Source: Lama guanicoe (lineage: Eukaryota). Taken from it: DNA of 64,000 nt. Both the position numbers and the translations under genes were made by a program. Below the pieces are notes generated by a model that did not search any database, was not told the DNA's origin, and saw only the letters and a list, made by a program, of their open reading frames with translations. Shown piece after piece: positions 37,335-50,269 of the stretch; position 1 is the stretch's first letter; each line of letters begins with the position of its first letter. The stretch covers positions 186,001-250,000 of the forward strand of contig MU053606.1 of the NCBI GenBank assembly GCA_013239625.1, read 5' to 3'.

Positions 37335-38407
37335 AACTGAAAAAGGAAAAAAATAAAAAATTTATTTAAAAAAATCACCCCTCTTTAGATATTAAAACGT
37401 TCATTTCTGAGTTTCTGTGAAAGATAGCATGGAAGTAGGTTTTTAAGATTTTCTCCTTGCGCCTCAGTGAGCAGCCTGGGCTGCACAGCTTGGCCGCAAC
37501 AGGCACCCAGGATTTGCCGGCTTGCTTCTCACTTGTTGGGAGAAAGATTAGCTGCTTCAGGAATATTTATGCTCTTAGAAGTCGCTGAAAACCCCACAGA
37601 GCTTTTGTTTACATGGAGTGTATCTGTAAATATACCCCATTTTAGAAATTAGAACAGAAAATTTAAACCCAAGAACTGACAAGCATTCGCTGTCCCAGCA
37701 CATGGTCAAAGCAGTGTTGCCACGGTGGTGTGTGTTGGTTCTAGAAAAAATGTACCGTACACTCAAGAAAGAGGGTGAAACCACAGATCTCATCTCAGCA
37801 ATGCTATGAAGAGGTGGGACCCAAAGCCCCTAAAACAGTGCTGAAGTCCCCAGATGTCCCAGAACACACAAACTGAAAAAGGAAAAAAATAAAAAATTTA
37901 TTTAAAAGAAATCACCCCTCTTTAGATATTAAAACGTTCATTTCTGAGTTTCTGTGAAAGATAGCATGGAAGTAGGTTTTTAAGATTTTCTCCTTGCGCC
38001 TCAGTGAGCAGCCTGGGCTGCACAGCTTGGCCACAACAGGCACCCAGGATTTGCCGGCTTGCTTCTCACTTGTTGGGAGAAAGATTAGCTGCTTCAGGAA
38101 TATTTATGCTCTTAGAAGTCGCTGAAAACCCCACAGAGCTTTTGTTTACATGGAGTGTATCTGTAAATATACCCCATTTTAGAAATTAGAACAGAAAATT
38201 TAAACCCAAGAACTGACAAGCACATGCTGTCCCAGCACGTGGTCAAAGCAGTGCTGCCACAGTGGTGTGTGTTGGTTCTAGGAAAAATGTACTGTACACT
38301 CAAGAATGAAGTTGAACGCACAGATCTCATCACAGCAATGTTATGAAGAGGTGGGACCCAAAGCCCCTAAAACAGTGCTGATGTCCCCAGATGTCTCAGA
38401 ACACACA
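37335..38407 (+). repeat. ~537-bp tandem duplication containing a Charlie1-like hAT fossil
   Basis: Units start at 37335 and 37871; accccacagagcttttgtttacatgg...ttagaaatta resembles Charlie1. Confidence 0.92.
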
Positions 38408-39289
38408 GAGCCATGGGGTCAAGAATCCAGTGTCTCCTGGATCATCAGCCGTGGAGACTGCGTCCTGGGTCAGAATGAGCAGAAGTAGGGATAGCAGGTA
38501 CACAGTCCTATTGACAGCATAGCTTTAAAGGTGTTAAATTGACTGAAAGTTTGGCAAAGATTTGCATTTAGACTACTACATTTCCTCTCCTGGAGACATT
38601 AGAAGGATAACACTGATTATTAATAGAGGATGATTGTAATGGATTAATTATGATTCTGATGACATGGGCTGCAAACACTAACCCTGCACTCAGTGTAGAC
38701 TAAGCCTTTTATGTACACACTTCATTAGGTCTCCACACCCCTGCAAGGTGGCATTAAACACTCATACAACCATGAAACCAGTGACTATAAAACAGTCTCA
38801 AGCTTTCCTCTCCAGCATGAGGTAGCAAAATCAGCAAGGATTTTCAATGACAAAAGCCAAAATCATATATTTTTGGGAAAGAAAGCAAATGGAACACTGA
38901 AGAACAATAAACCAAAAGAGCAGATGGAATGGAAACTTATTGAAGAAAGCAATGATTGATTCAATTAAAACAGCTAATGTCTCTGATATAATTGAACCAT
39001 AAATCCAAATTTTTGAAACAGTGGGTTGTGAAATTACTGTCTCATTTAATATTGGAATTCCTATTTTGACCAATTTGATATGCATCACTGGTGTGAGGTT
39101 AGATATTTAGGTAAATAACAATATTCCTATTTTTTAAGTTAACAGGAAACATAAAACAGGACTCCAGATTTAGGGAGAGAATGCAAACAACTACTATCAT
39201 ACTCCATCCAGTAAGTACACGTGTCCCTGCATCACCAAAGCAATGAGAATTTGCACAAAGAAAACACAGTTCTCCAATTGTGACAAATA

Positions 39290-39306
39290 NNNNNNNNNNN
39301 NNNNNN
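39290..39306. other. Assembly gap (17 N)
   Basis: N run. Confidence 1.
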
Positions 39307-42300
39307 ATGAGACCATATGAATTATGAGAATAAGCAACTGTTTAAATGCCATGGGCAAATTTTTTTTTATCATCTGGAAAACATCACTGATATTCTAGGT
39401 AAGAAAAAGAATTGTTTTACTAACAAATCCAACTGACACAGGGGTTTTTCCAAGTGAGAAGGTGATTCCATAAAGTGCAGTAAAATGAGTAAAGATGATC
39501 TGTACAATGACGGAGATAGTCTTAGACTGACCAGCATCACGATTCCTGGTTTAACACTTGCTCTCTGCTCATCACCTCTGACACAAGAACTCATCAAATG
39601 ATTTTTTTTTCCTTTAGGGAAAAAAAAGATAAATAAAATCTGACTACAAGATGTGGTATGTAAAGAAGTAATGAAGTTGCCTAACCTTATAATGCAGCCA
39701 GTGTAATGTAGCACTTATTCAGGCACTAGAATTTTTTAATTCATGATTTCTTTTATACCCTATTTCTATCCTAAAGGAGACACTTAATGTTTTCTACTTT
39801 ATTCAACATATCTTGTGAGGGTTGTGATATACACTGGTATGGCAGTTTTCAGACATTTAAAATCGCCTCTGTGGTTGTGGTCAGGAAAGACAAGGATCCC
39901 TTACAGCTGCGACGGAGAAGGAATCCCCAGAGTCAGCCTCCGGGCAGCTTCCAAACAGCATTTGCTTGCACTTGGCACAGGACACCATCAGCAAGTGTAA
40001 CTCTGGCAAGGAGTTTTCCCCGGGGACCTGGGAGGTGCTCTAACATTGTGAAGCCACTTGTTTCCCAGTTAGGTAAGGTTTGGAAAAATAGTTTATTAGA
40101 AGTGACTCCCTTTGTATGTGCCTTTTGTCCTGAGAGGTCACTAATTAGCATAGAATATAAAATACCCCATAATATAAGAATTTAGGTACCCCATCTTTCC
40201 ATCTACCTGTCTATTTGTTTATCATATTTATAGATAGGTTACATTTTCTACGACGTTCACTTCCAGGCACCAAAAAAGAAAGGTTACAAAATATTTATTA
40301 TAAACAGGGGGGACAGGGTCTAAGGGTTAAAAACCACTACTGCTAACAATAAAAACAATGTAATAATTTTAATCTCAGTTGCATCAGACCTTCCAGAATT
40401 ACTCCCTCAATTTTACTGTTAAAACAGTAATGGAATCTCTGTTCTTCCAAGACTCGGGCCTGATTGCAACCCATCCAGACATCTGTCTGTGGGTCCCTAC
40501 TTGTCCTCGAGGCCCCCGAACACACTTTATGGGGTGAACTTTCTTCAGTGTCCCTACTGTAGGGGAAACCTGGAAGTCCCAGGCACTGTCCAGGATTCAC
40601 ACCTACCTGCAAAAATCAAAGTCATGTGACTGAAACGGGACAATCCAGGTGGTTTGATGGTGCTGAAAACTCACCAAAAACAGGTTTGGGGGCCTAAACC
40701 AAGCCCTCTGGCTCCTAACATGAAGAAGGACAGGGAGGCCCAATTAGCCACGAGACTTGGGGGCTTCATTACTCCATGAATAAAGGATTTGTGCCAGTAC
40801 CACCTTTAGACAGGGAACCCCAGAACCCATACTTGGAAGCACCCCATCCCCTCCCCTCTGAACAAATATTCTCTCAAGACACGTAGTGAGAGATGGGAGC
40901 CCCAGTGAGCTCTGGAATAAGATGCAATCTGAAAGACTGCTGGTAACAAATGGTGTGGAGCTCGGGCAGCCCCCAGGGCCACCAGCCCTTCTGGTACTAC
41001 TCATGCCCACACTTCCATCCACAACAGTTTCTTCAGGACACTTATGCACACATAACATCACACAAAAATGATTGCTTAGACATATTTTAAGAGAAATAAC
41101 ATTATGAGAATGCCAAATTCATGACAAGTCAGAGTCAAGACCCCAGAGTATTTACTTAATGAGATCTCATGTGTGCTCTGCAGTGAGCTTTAAACCTTTA
41201 GGACACAGTCATGGAACAGTAGGCATTTTCTTTCTTTCCTCCAAGTTGCCTTTACTGGAGAATTCCATAGACACAGGAAGACTCTGGATCCCACTTCTAC
41301 TACTTACACAAAGGGCTTAACACGTGGAGAGGGATCAGCGCTGGTGCGACTGGCTCCAATGTGAGCACTCCCGTGCCCAGCTCCCCGAGAAGCAGAGCTC
41401 CCACCACAGGAGCAGAGACCCCCAGGAGCAGAGCTCCCCCCACGGGCACTGCAGTGCCTGCAAGAATCAGGAGTCTGATGAGTGAGCCTGGGGCAGGCAA
41501 GACAGGAAGCAAGCACCACTCCCTCAAGCTCTGCAGGTGATCTCTGTGTCACCTTGAATAAATACAGTCAGCATTAAAGATGTTTGACAAGAGGGTAAAA
41601 GGTAAGGCCTCTCCAAATCTCCATGCATTCCTTTAGTGGGAGTCCTGTTAGAACACAAGGTGACAAGAGACGCTGGCTTTACATGTGCACATTGCCTTCA
41701 GGGCTGCAGGGAAGGCCACGGTGCTGCCTCTGCCCCACCTCCTGCCCTTGTCTCCCAGACCTCACAAGGGCCGCTGATGCATTTCTCTGACTTTTTCTCC
41801 TTGGTATTGCTGCTCTTCTAGCTTTTAAGAGCTCATAAGAACCTCACCAGAAAATGTTTAACAATGAACCCAAATCAAATGAAATCAACCACAGAAACAC
41901 ACTGCCTTCATCATTACTTTACATTTTATGAAGAAATTCTTGAAGATGACTCCCTGACCTGAAGGGATGGATGGAGGAGAAAAGCAGACAAGCATTTTTG
42001 GCCCATAAAAAAATGAGAGGTAATCAGATGGTGGCTAGTTTTCATTGCACCTCTCTGCCCTCCCCAATTTCACATGCCCCTCCCAACTCAACTCATCAGA
42101 ACTCGACTGAAGGAGACGGCTGTGCAAATTTATTGGAAGCCAAAGAAATCGCTCCAGTAACAGTCTCCCAAACCCAGCAAGAACACTGAAAGCTGACCAG
42201 TGCCAGGATCTGAATACTAAAACACACAGATTCAAACTCTGACACCCTCCCTGGTGGGTTTACTTACAGTGGGGGTGTCAGCATCCAACATATAAAAATG

Positions 42301-42819
42301 AAAGGGACACCAGTTTTCAATATCACAGTCCCTCTGAAACAACTGGTAGTCAATTAGCGTTTGTCAGCAGCAAAAGTCGATTTTCTCCCCTGCACGTGGA
42401 GGTGAACACACAGAAGACACTGATGATCCCCACTGCGAGGGTAGCTAAGTGTGTCTAAGCAAACTGGCCCCATTAGCCTCCTGATGAGCAGGGGAGTGTG
42501 TGAGCTGTGGGGCTCTGCAGACTAATGGCCAGGCAAGGAGGGTGCTTCCTTAATTTGGGGAGAAAAACATGGAAGCAACACTCACTGGAAATAAATTCTA
42601 ATTAAAATTTCAGGTGCTGTTCCTGCAGCGTAACCCATGCCAATAGATGAGGCTCCCTCCGTCCTGACCAGTCATGTGAGCCAGGCTCATTATTATACCT
42701 GTGTGTTTGGTTTAGCAAGTGAATCATGTCTGTTTTCTGGAAATTACATGAGGGTGGAAAACCTTCCAAACATGTTCATTTATTTTCTGTGGAATTTGTT
42801 TAACCCTCTTAAGAGCATT

Positions 42820-42861
42820 TACAATGACAACCTTCTTAAATACAATGACAACCTTCTTAAA
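42820..42861 (+). repeat. Perfect 21-bp tandem duplication
   Basis: tacaatgacaaccttcttaaa x2. Confidence 0.95.
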
Positions 42862-43529
42862 TAAGCATCTTTGCCCGAGAGACCTTTCCAGGCACATGCA
42901 CCGAAACCCAGAAGCAAAATCAAAACCGTTTCAGCTGCACAGCACCACAGAATGTGTCCAGTTTGAGAATCAAAGATTTTTTTCTCCACACCCTTTTACT
43001 CTTCTGCCCAAATTAATTAGCCTCTGCTGCTCTTGTATACTGAGTGTCGTATGACTCATCTTCTCTGCCTGTAAAATGGAAATGGCAGATACTTCTACCG
43101 AATAAAATGTCATAGAACTAACCACCAAAATTATATATATTAAAAAAAAAGCCAGGGCTTTATGCTGTCCAGGGTTATGAATCATTTATTTAATGTGTCA
43201 ATTGCTACAAGAATAAACTTTTCTAAATGTAAAACCTCCTCAGAAATCTTCAACTACTATTCAAGAAAAATATCACAGAAAATTTCTGAAAAGTATTTAA
43301 AGGAAAATCATTTTTAACTGAATCATATTCTAGGCACACTGAATAAATTCTCTTTAGAGAACTCCTACTTTTTTTTAATTAAATGACTTATAAAAATACA
43401 CCCAGCATTAATCAGTAAATTTTCATTCCTTATTTTTAAACTTCTTAAGACATGCTATTTTTCTTAAATCAAATGAGGAGGTATTCACAAGCCAATGGAC
43501 AATGGAATTACCTAGGAAGAAATTATGAA

Positions 43530-43730
43530 GCAGCAAGAGCGACTAGCACTTTGCCAAGCATTCTGCCTAAGAGTCACTCGTACCATCTCATTTTGACCTG
43601 ACCACTTGGAGGTGAGCTCCATCAGCCCATTTAACACATGAAGAAACTGAGGTGGTCATGTTTCCATTACTTGATGGAGCCAGGATCCAAACCCGGATCT
43701 TTGTCTGTAGAGCCTGTGCCTTTACCTGAT
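43530..43730 (-). mobile_element. MIR SINE
   Basis: cccatttaacacatgaagaaactgagg...ggagccaggatccaaaccc antisense MIR core. Confidence 0.75.
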
Positions 43731-44774
43731 CACACTTTCATTTTTCACACTTCAAATGCACTCAGTCCCCAAGGTAACACACCTTCCTTGCACTTCTGAG
43801 AGTTTTAGGAAGTACTGAATTACAAGGACTAAGCAGACATTTGTGTGGGCTAATTTTTTATTTTCTGATTTTCCAGAATCAGTTCAGGCTGAATTCATAC
43901 TACTTACGAGGAGAAGTCCTGAGGCAGAGGAGAGAGTGGAAGATAAGCCAGACATGAACAATTTCAAGAGATCCAATTCATCAAGGAAGAAAAGTATTAA
44001 ATAAACCACTTCAGCAACATGCTTGTCAATAAAACTTGGTGTCTCTTTCTCAGCCTGAAGGAGGGTAAGCCCTCTAGCCCATCTGCCTTCCTGCCACTTA
44101 CCCTGGATGATCTTGGTTCCCTCACCTGTGACACATGTGTTCTCCAGGGAATCTTTGTATAGATTAAATGATAAAACTATATGCAAAGGGGATACTTATT
44201 TGCTAAACAGTAGGCACTAAACAAATAATAAAATTATTTTATTTCATGAAAATGGGAGGTAGGTCTCCCAATTAAACATTCCTGATAGAATCCTAACAAG
44301 GACTTTAATTTATCTGTCAGAAATTGTAAAACAACATTTCTTTTTTAAAGGCTGTATCCATTCTCCCTACTTTTTACCAATCTTGGCTGTTATCCTGAAA
44401 ATCTATTCCCAGAACTTGGCATCCATCTCCCATATTTAAATCCTTAACGTTTGAAATTATGATGAAGCTTGTGTACATAAAGATTCACACCATAATTAAC
44501 AGAATAAACAAAGACCACAGGAACAGGGCCACCTCCAGACCCCATGTGCTCAGGACAGGCTCCAAACTTCATAAAATCAGATGCATGCTGTTTGAACAGA
44601 AAGAAAATTGAATGTGATTAAGGAGGCTGACATAGAGCACTGGCCAGCTCAAGAGATGACTCCTTCACCCTCTCGTCTGACTTAAGTCATCTAACAGTTA
44701 TCAGTTGATCTCTAACTAAAAGTAAAACAGGGGTAGGGTTGGAAAGTAACGTTTTTCCTTCAATATATACATAT

Positions 44775-45235
44775 TGTCAACTAAAAATTGGCACTTGTCA
44801 TCTGCCTCTGATTTGATTAAGTCATGAGCCACTGCAGCTGCTGACCTTCAAAACCCTTTGAAAGGAGTTCAGCGTGGAGATCAGGAATGTGGCTCTCTGT
44901 GCTCTGGGAAAATGGGCAGAAAAGCCTTCAGATAGTTAGACATTTTCAGGAAATTTTAAGAGCCCAAATTCTTGCATCTCCTCCTATCTAGAAAAGCACT
45001 AAAATCATTAACAGAAACACCTGCTCCTCTACTAGCAGCAGCCTCTGACTTAATGTATACTTGACTGCACGTCCCCCTTCACTGAAATCTTATATAATGC
45101 TGAGCTCCCCCTCATCTTCAGAGCAGTTCCTCCGAGCTCTCAGAGATGCTGACACCTGGGCTCTGGTCCTCATTTTGCCCCAGATAAAACTTAGCCCACA
45201 ACTCTCACTTTGTGTGGTTTATTGTTAGTATCACA
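44775..45235 (+). mobile_element. Solo ERV1-type LTR, distantly related to the proviral LTRs
   Basis: TG...CA ends, TATA-like ttatataa, and the motifs aagtcat.agc..ctgc and tagaaaagcactaaa shared with the reverse complement of 16972-17440. Confidence 0.75.
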
Positions 45236-46599
45236 AAAATTAAGCTCACATACATGAACTCATAGTAAACATTCAGTATCAAACATTTCTTGACTTAAAT
45301 TACTTTTTAAAAGTAAATAATTATTCCATTTCTTAAATATAACATCTTTAAATATAAATTAACAGATATTTGTGAATCTTAGGAAAATATATTCTGGAAA
45401 AATTTTTAGCTAATTAATAAAAAATGCTATTGTGTGGAGTTATAGAAATTCAGAAGTGGAAAAGAATAGTATTGTAACTCAAGTTCTTGTTTTAATTGCA
45501 GAGATCCTGAGGCCTCAAAAGACATATAAATTTGCCTGATTTTATACACTGTCCTTTAACAGAAAGCCTAGAACTAAGATCCTGGTCTTTGAGAAATCAA
45601 GACTTGCTCTGCTGGTGCAGGGCTGAACTTTATGAAAATGGGTCATGGGAAAGAACCAGAATGCGGGGGCCTGGGCGAGGCAGTGGAGAAAAGGAGGGTC
45701 TCACCTGGTCGTGGGTGAGAAACAGGCTCCCACAGTGCTGGTGTGATGGGCATTCCTCAAGAGCCTGAAAACTACTATTTAGCACACCTGCCACTGAAAC
45801 ACACACAAGCTGTTTAACTAGAAGGCTGACCAGGAGGCTTTCTCAGTGACACAAAAAGCTGTTTTCACATTAACTCTACAACTACAGGAAGAGAAAGAAT
45901 AGAAAGCTGATATTAATTATTAATAATTTACACCCAGAACCAAGGAATTTCCAGGAGAAATATAAAGACTTGTTGGAAGTTTCATTATGTGAACTTACTG
46001 CCAATTCAGTTGTCTTAAAAATTCTTCTATAAAATATATTGCCCTTTGCTGTTCCAAATCACATTTGAAAGAAATAAAGTTTCTTAAGGTTGTTTCTGGA
46101 GTTTTCTTCTATTTCCTAACACCAGATCTCAGAGATTTAAAGAAATGGAGGGTTGGTATTTTGTCCACTCTTCTCTAGGCAATTTATTGTTCCTTCAAAG
46201 GACAAGGGGGGAATCACACAGAAAAGCATTTGAGCATCAGGCTGCTTACATTTCCCCTGGAAGTCTTGGAAAATAATGTGGAAATGAACAGCAGGACAGA
46301 AACCTGGCGGGAGGGTCACTGGCTAGAAGGTGAGAACAAATGTGTTCTCCAACGTACTCTGGTAGCCACTAGTTTGAATCGAGCAATTGTTCCAGCATAC
46401 ACGCACCTCTATGTGAAAATCTCAACCTTTACAAATCTCTCAGTGAAGCCTGAAGCAATGGACGGACTGCAGAGGCCCCTGGTGGCTCATCGTGGTGTCT
46501 TACACCATGTGCAGGATGATTGGTTCCTCCCCGCCAACTCCCTTCCCTCCCCTCGAGGGAGATGGCTGGTCCTGAGTTGAGTTTATCTCATAGCAAGCT

Positions 46600-46900
46600 G
46601 TCTCTCAGCCCTCTGTCTAAAGCAAGATAAAAGCAGGAAAGCTACCTGGGACTTTACAGGACCATCCCAAAAGGGAACTGAAGCACCTTTCTTCCCTACT
46701 CTTTGCTGCCTGGAATGTGGACCTGATGGTTGACCCTCAGGCAGCCACTTTGGGCCATCAGGTTGATGGGCTGAAGATAACAGGCATCTTGTTCTCTGAC
46801 CCAGGGGCCATCATGCAAACCAGCCCTGGGCTACCGATTGCTTGACTTCTTTATGTAAGAGGAAAATACAATTTTAGCATGTTTAAGCCACTGCTGTTAT
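46600..46900 (+). mobile_element. LTR16-like ERVL LTR remnant
   Basis: gcctggaatgtggac.tgatgg...gcagcca...ccagccctgg...gacttctt.atgt...tgtttaagccactg. Confidence 0.65.
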
Positions 46901-48792
46901 CTGCGGAACTAGGTGTTGTACATTGCCATGGTAAGACCTAATAATAAAGTTAAATATTCACCAAAAACTATTTACCAAATACTTAATAAATGATAAACAG
47001 ATCCTGATTTTTGTTTTAATGCTATGAAATGTAAATCAAGTTTCAGCATATGCCAAAAAAACAAGACACTGTGGAGATAAAGCAAAACAGAGTTTGTAGA
47101 ACAGAGACCAAAAGCATCCTCCTCTCCAAGGCACAGAAGGACAACCGTGACTCTATGTGCCAAGGCTGGAGTCACATGGGCTCCCTGTTTTCCTTGTCTT
47201 GTGTTGTGTTTTGTTTCCAGCCTTGGGAAAAATGGATAAGACTGCTGGTCAAATCATTTCAGGAGCAGCTTCTATCATGTAGAACCCATGTCTCTTCCTT
47301 TCCTCTGCCTCCTGGAATGTTCTGACACAATTAATTAGTCCAGCCTTCTAAATTGAGCAAATGGAGCTCAATCAATCTGCTTTTAGACAGAGTTAAAAAT
47401 AGACATTAAAAAGCACAACTAGAAAATCTTATTTTCCAGAAGTCATTGCACATATGAAATAGGAGAATATCTGTGAAACATTCTGTAAACACTAAGTATA
47501 ATACAAACAATATTAGTACTGATTCTATGTTACATTCATCAATAAAGGAAAACAGAACCCTTTCTTACCAGAAGGAAAAGGTGCTTTGTAATTTTCTGTC
47601 ACTTTAGTTCTTCAAATTTTCTATAAAATTAATATCTTTAAAAAAATCAATGCACATTAGGGACTAATTTAATTCTTTCATCTGCCCCGGTTTAACACAT
47701 ATCAAGAATGTTACCATTTCTAGATATTTTATTTAGGAAAGCCTTTGGTATACATGAGGCACAGAGCATGGCAAATTGTCAGTATCATTCAGGACAGGAA
47801 AACCATGTTTGATACCCAAACTTGAAGACATGAAGAAGATGCCTGATATGTCCCACTGACCTTTCAAGCTATTCTTTTTCAAACACTTGTTTCTTCTTGT
47901 TCCAGAACAGACACGCATTTGTTGATGTGAGACTCTTTAAGTGAAAAGGTCAACCCATCATTACACACTTTAGAGAATCTTACCCTCCTCATCCATGTGG
48001 ACATAGCATCCTTACTGATTCCTAACATGAAAATGACCATCAATGACATCTCAGGATGCTCCAATGCAGAGGTTCTCTGCTTCAGTGAGGAGGAAAGAGC
48101 CGTGTGCTTCAAGATACAATTACTGTCTGTAGCTCACTTGGCAAGACACTGCAACTTGTCTAAGCTAAAGCTTAAAAGTGGAGAATAGAGACAACATCCA
48201 TGGCAAAGGGCATTCAGAGGCTATTCCTTGGCCCCACTTCATCACTTCTCAAGTGCCATGGGCAATACCTTGAGAAAGGCAGCAATGTGGTACCCAAGTC
48301 ATCAAAAAGCTGCACCTCCTACTAGTTGACAGTAAAGCAAGTGTCATCTGGCTCAACAGATCTCCCTGTGTCTCTACAGTGTAAGGCTAAATTTTCTTTA
48401 TTTTCTCAGATGGGGGACACTCCATTTTTGAAAATCCCCCTCCCTGCAATAGAAGTTCTTAGTTTCCCAATTACAGTGCAGGTTTGAAGGGGGGATAACA
48501 GAGCTGACAATACATAGATCACTATTTATTCCTTGATATATTTTTGGCACATGGACTAAAAATCTTTGGGTCAGTTGGACATCAAGATCATATCTAACTT
48601 ACACAATTGTCAACTGTCATTTTACTACCAGCTCCTGAAACAGTCATGTGGTCACTAGGTTTTTTTTTCCTTCCCTTGACCCATGGATTTGATGATTTCT
48701 ATCCAGACACAATAGGTTTTTGAAAAGAAATCTGTTTCACCTTTTACTTTTAAACTAAATTTGTGTACCTGACCCTGACTTCACTCTAACAT

Positions 48793-48846
48793 TCACAAAA
48801 AGGTATCCAAGGACACCCTCACAAAAAGGTATCCAAGGACACCCTC
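48793..48846 (+). repeat. Perfect 26-bp tandem duplication
   Basis: tcacaaaaaggtatccaaggacaccc x2. Confidence 0.95.
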
Positions 48847-49652
48847 TTTTGACATCATCTCTAGATGTCTTGAATACACTGCTGAGCTGATTCTTCCAGA
48901 TTATTAAAACATATATGCACATTATGCTGTGGTCCTCTTCAATTTGTGGTGTTTTCAGTAATTGTTACCTCTTTGGGTACTTTATTACACATTTAGCATT
49001 TCTTTATCCAATTCAGTTACATTAGTATATAAGATTTCAAAAGAACTGGTTTCTCTAAATGATGATATTTAACATCTATGGCCTTTTCTTAATCAAGTAA
49101 TTCTATAAGGCTGTCAAGGACATGTCAAGGACTGAAAGTTGTGTGTGGTGATTGCTGCTTCAGAGTCTCTGGTCCTGCCCCATGATCTTGCAGGTGTTTA
49201 TGCATCCTTGTGAATTTCAACACACCAGTCTACTAGGAGCTGAAATCAAACTACCTGGATGCTAATTTTTCCTTTTAAAAACAATAAACTCAATTTTCCC
49301 TACTAATTCTTTATTTTTTAACATACTGAGGCTCACCACTTTTCCTAATATATATGTTTGGTGGGGAGGGGTCATAGCCCTGAAAGCCTGCAGACAGCAC
49401 CAACTCTATAAGATTAACCAGAGGTGGCCGTGGATGTTGTGTGACTTAGGCCACTGAGCACGAGCACCTGCTGTCCCTCCAACTGTTCTGCCTCCATTGC
49501 TGACAGCCCTGAAGTTCACTGCCTCTTGTAAAATACTACAACATTAGAGTTCATATATTTTTAAAAGGTATCAAATTGTGAAAGTCGTCTGTTGTTTGTG
49601 TAAAATGGGGGGTACTTGCCTTTGCTCATTTCAGGCTAAACTATGTCCAGAA

Positions 49653-49655
<3 letters not shown>

Positions 49656-49684
<29 letters not shown>
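49656..49684. repeat. (AC)n microsatellite
   Basis: Direct reading. Confidence 0.95.
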
Positions 49685-49686
<2 letters not shown>

Positions 49687-50269
49687 AGTTCTGAGTGCCC
49701 CCAAAGAAAAGTTTGAAAGGCTTTGGGACAGTGGTGACACTCAAACCTTTGGAATTTTGAGCTCTATGAAGCTATCACTTATTCAGAAATAAAGCATTAT
49801 AATTCTAGACCAAGAGAATCAGAATCCCCCACAAGTTACTTACCAGAATTTTTTTAAAGAAACTATCTTCCCTAAAAGCTAACGATAAATCAAATATCCA
49901 TGGAAATATAGATCAGTAATATCAAGCAACAATTTCTACACTAATGCTGATTAGCCATCAGCCCAAACCAAAGGATATAGAAATAAGACACCTGGAGATA
50001 AAGAGATGGAAGAGAGGTATTAAAAAGCAAGAATATAAAAGAAGTAATGGCCCTATGGAAACCTGCTCATTTTTTTGAAATAATTACTTGGTTAAAGGAA
50101 CACACTCTTGAGGATTTGAAATGCACCAAGAGGAAATCTAACAGGGAAAAGAAGCAGAAGCAAGTCTCAGTTTTCTCCGAGGCTGATCCTAAATGAAAAA
50201 ATTTCCTTGGCTTCCACAATACACAACCTGCATTGATGTCTAAGCAGAAGAGTGAGGAGGAGAGAAAAC

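Noticed and set aside
37465..37500. Next TRAPPC9 exon (ctgggctgc resembling GWAA)
   Set aside because: Similarity does not extend beyond ~9 nt.
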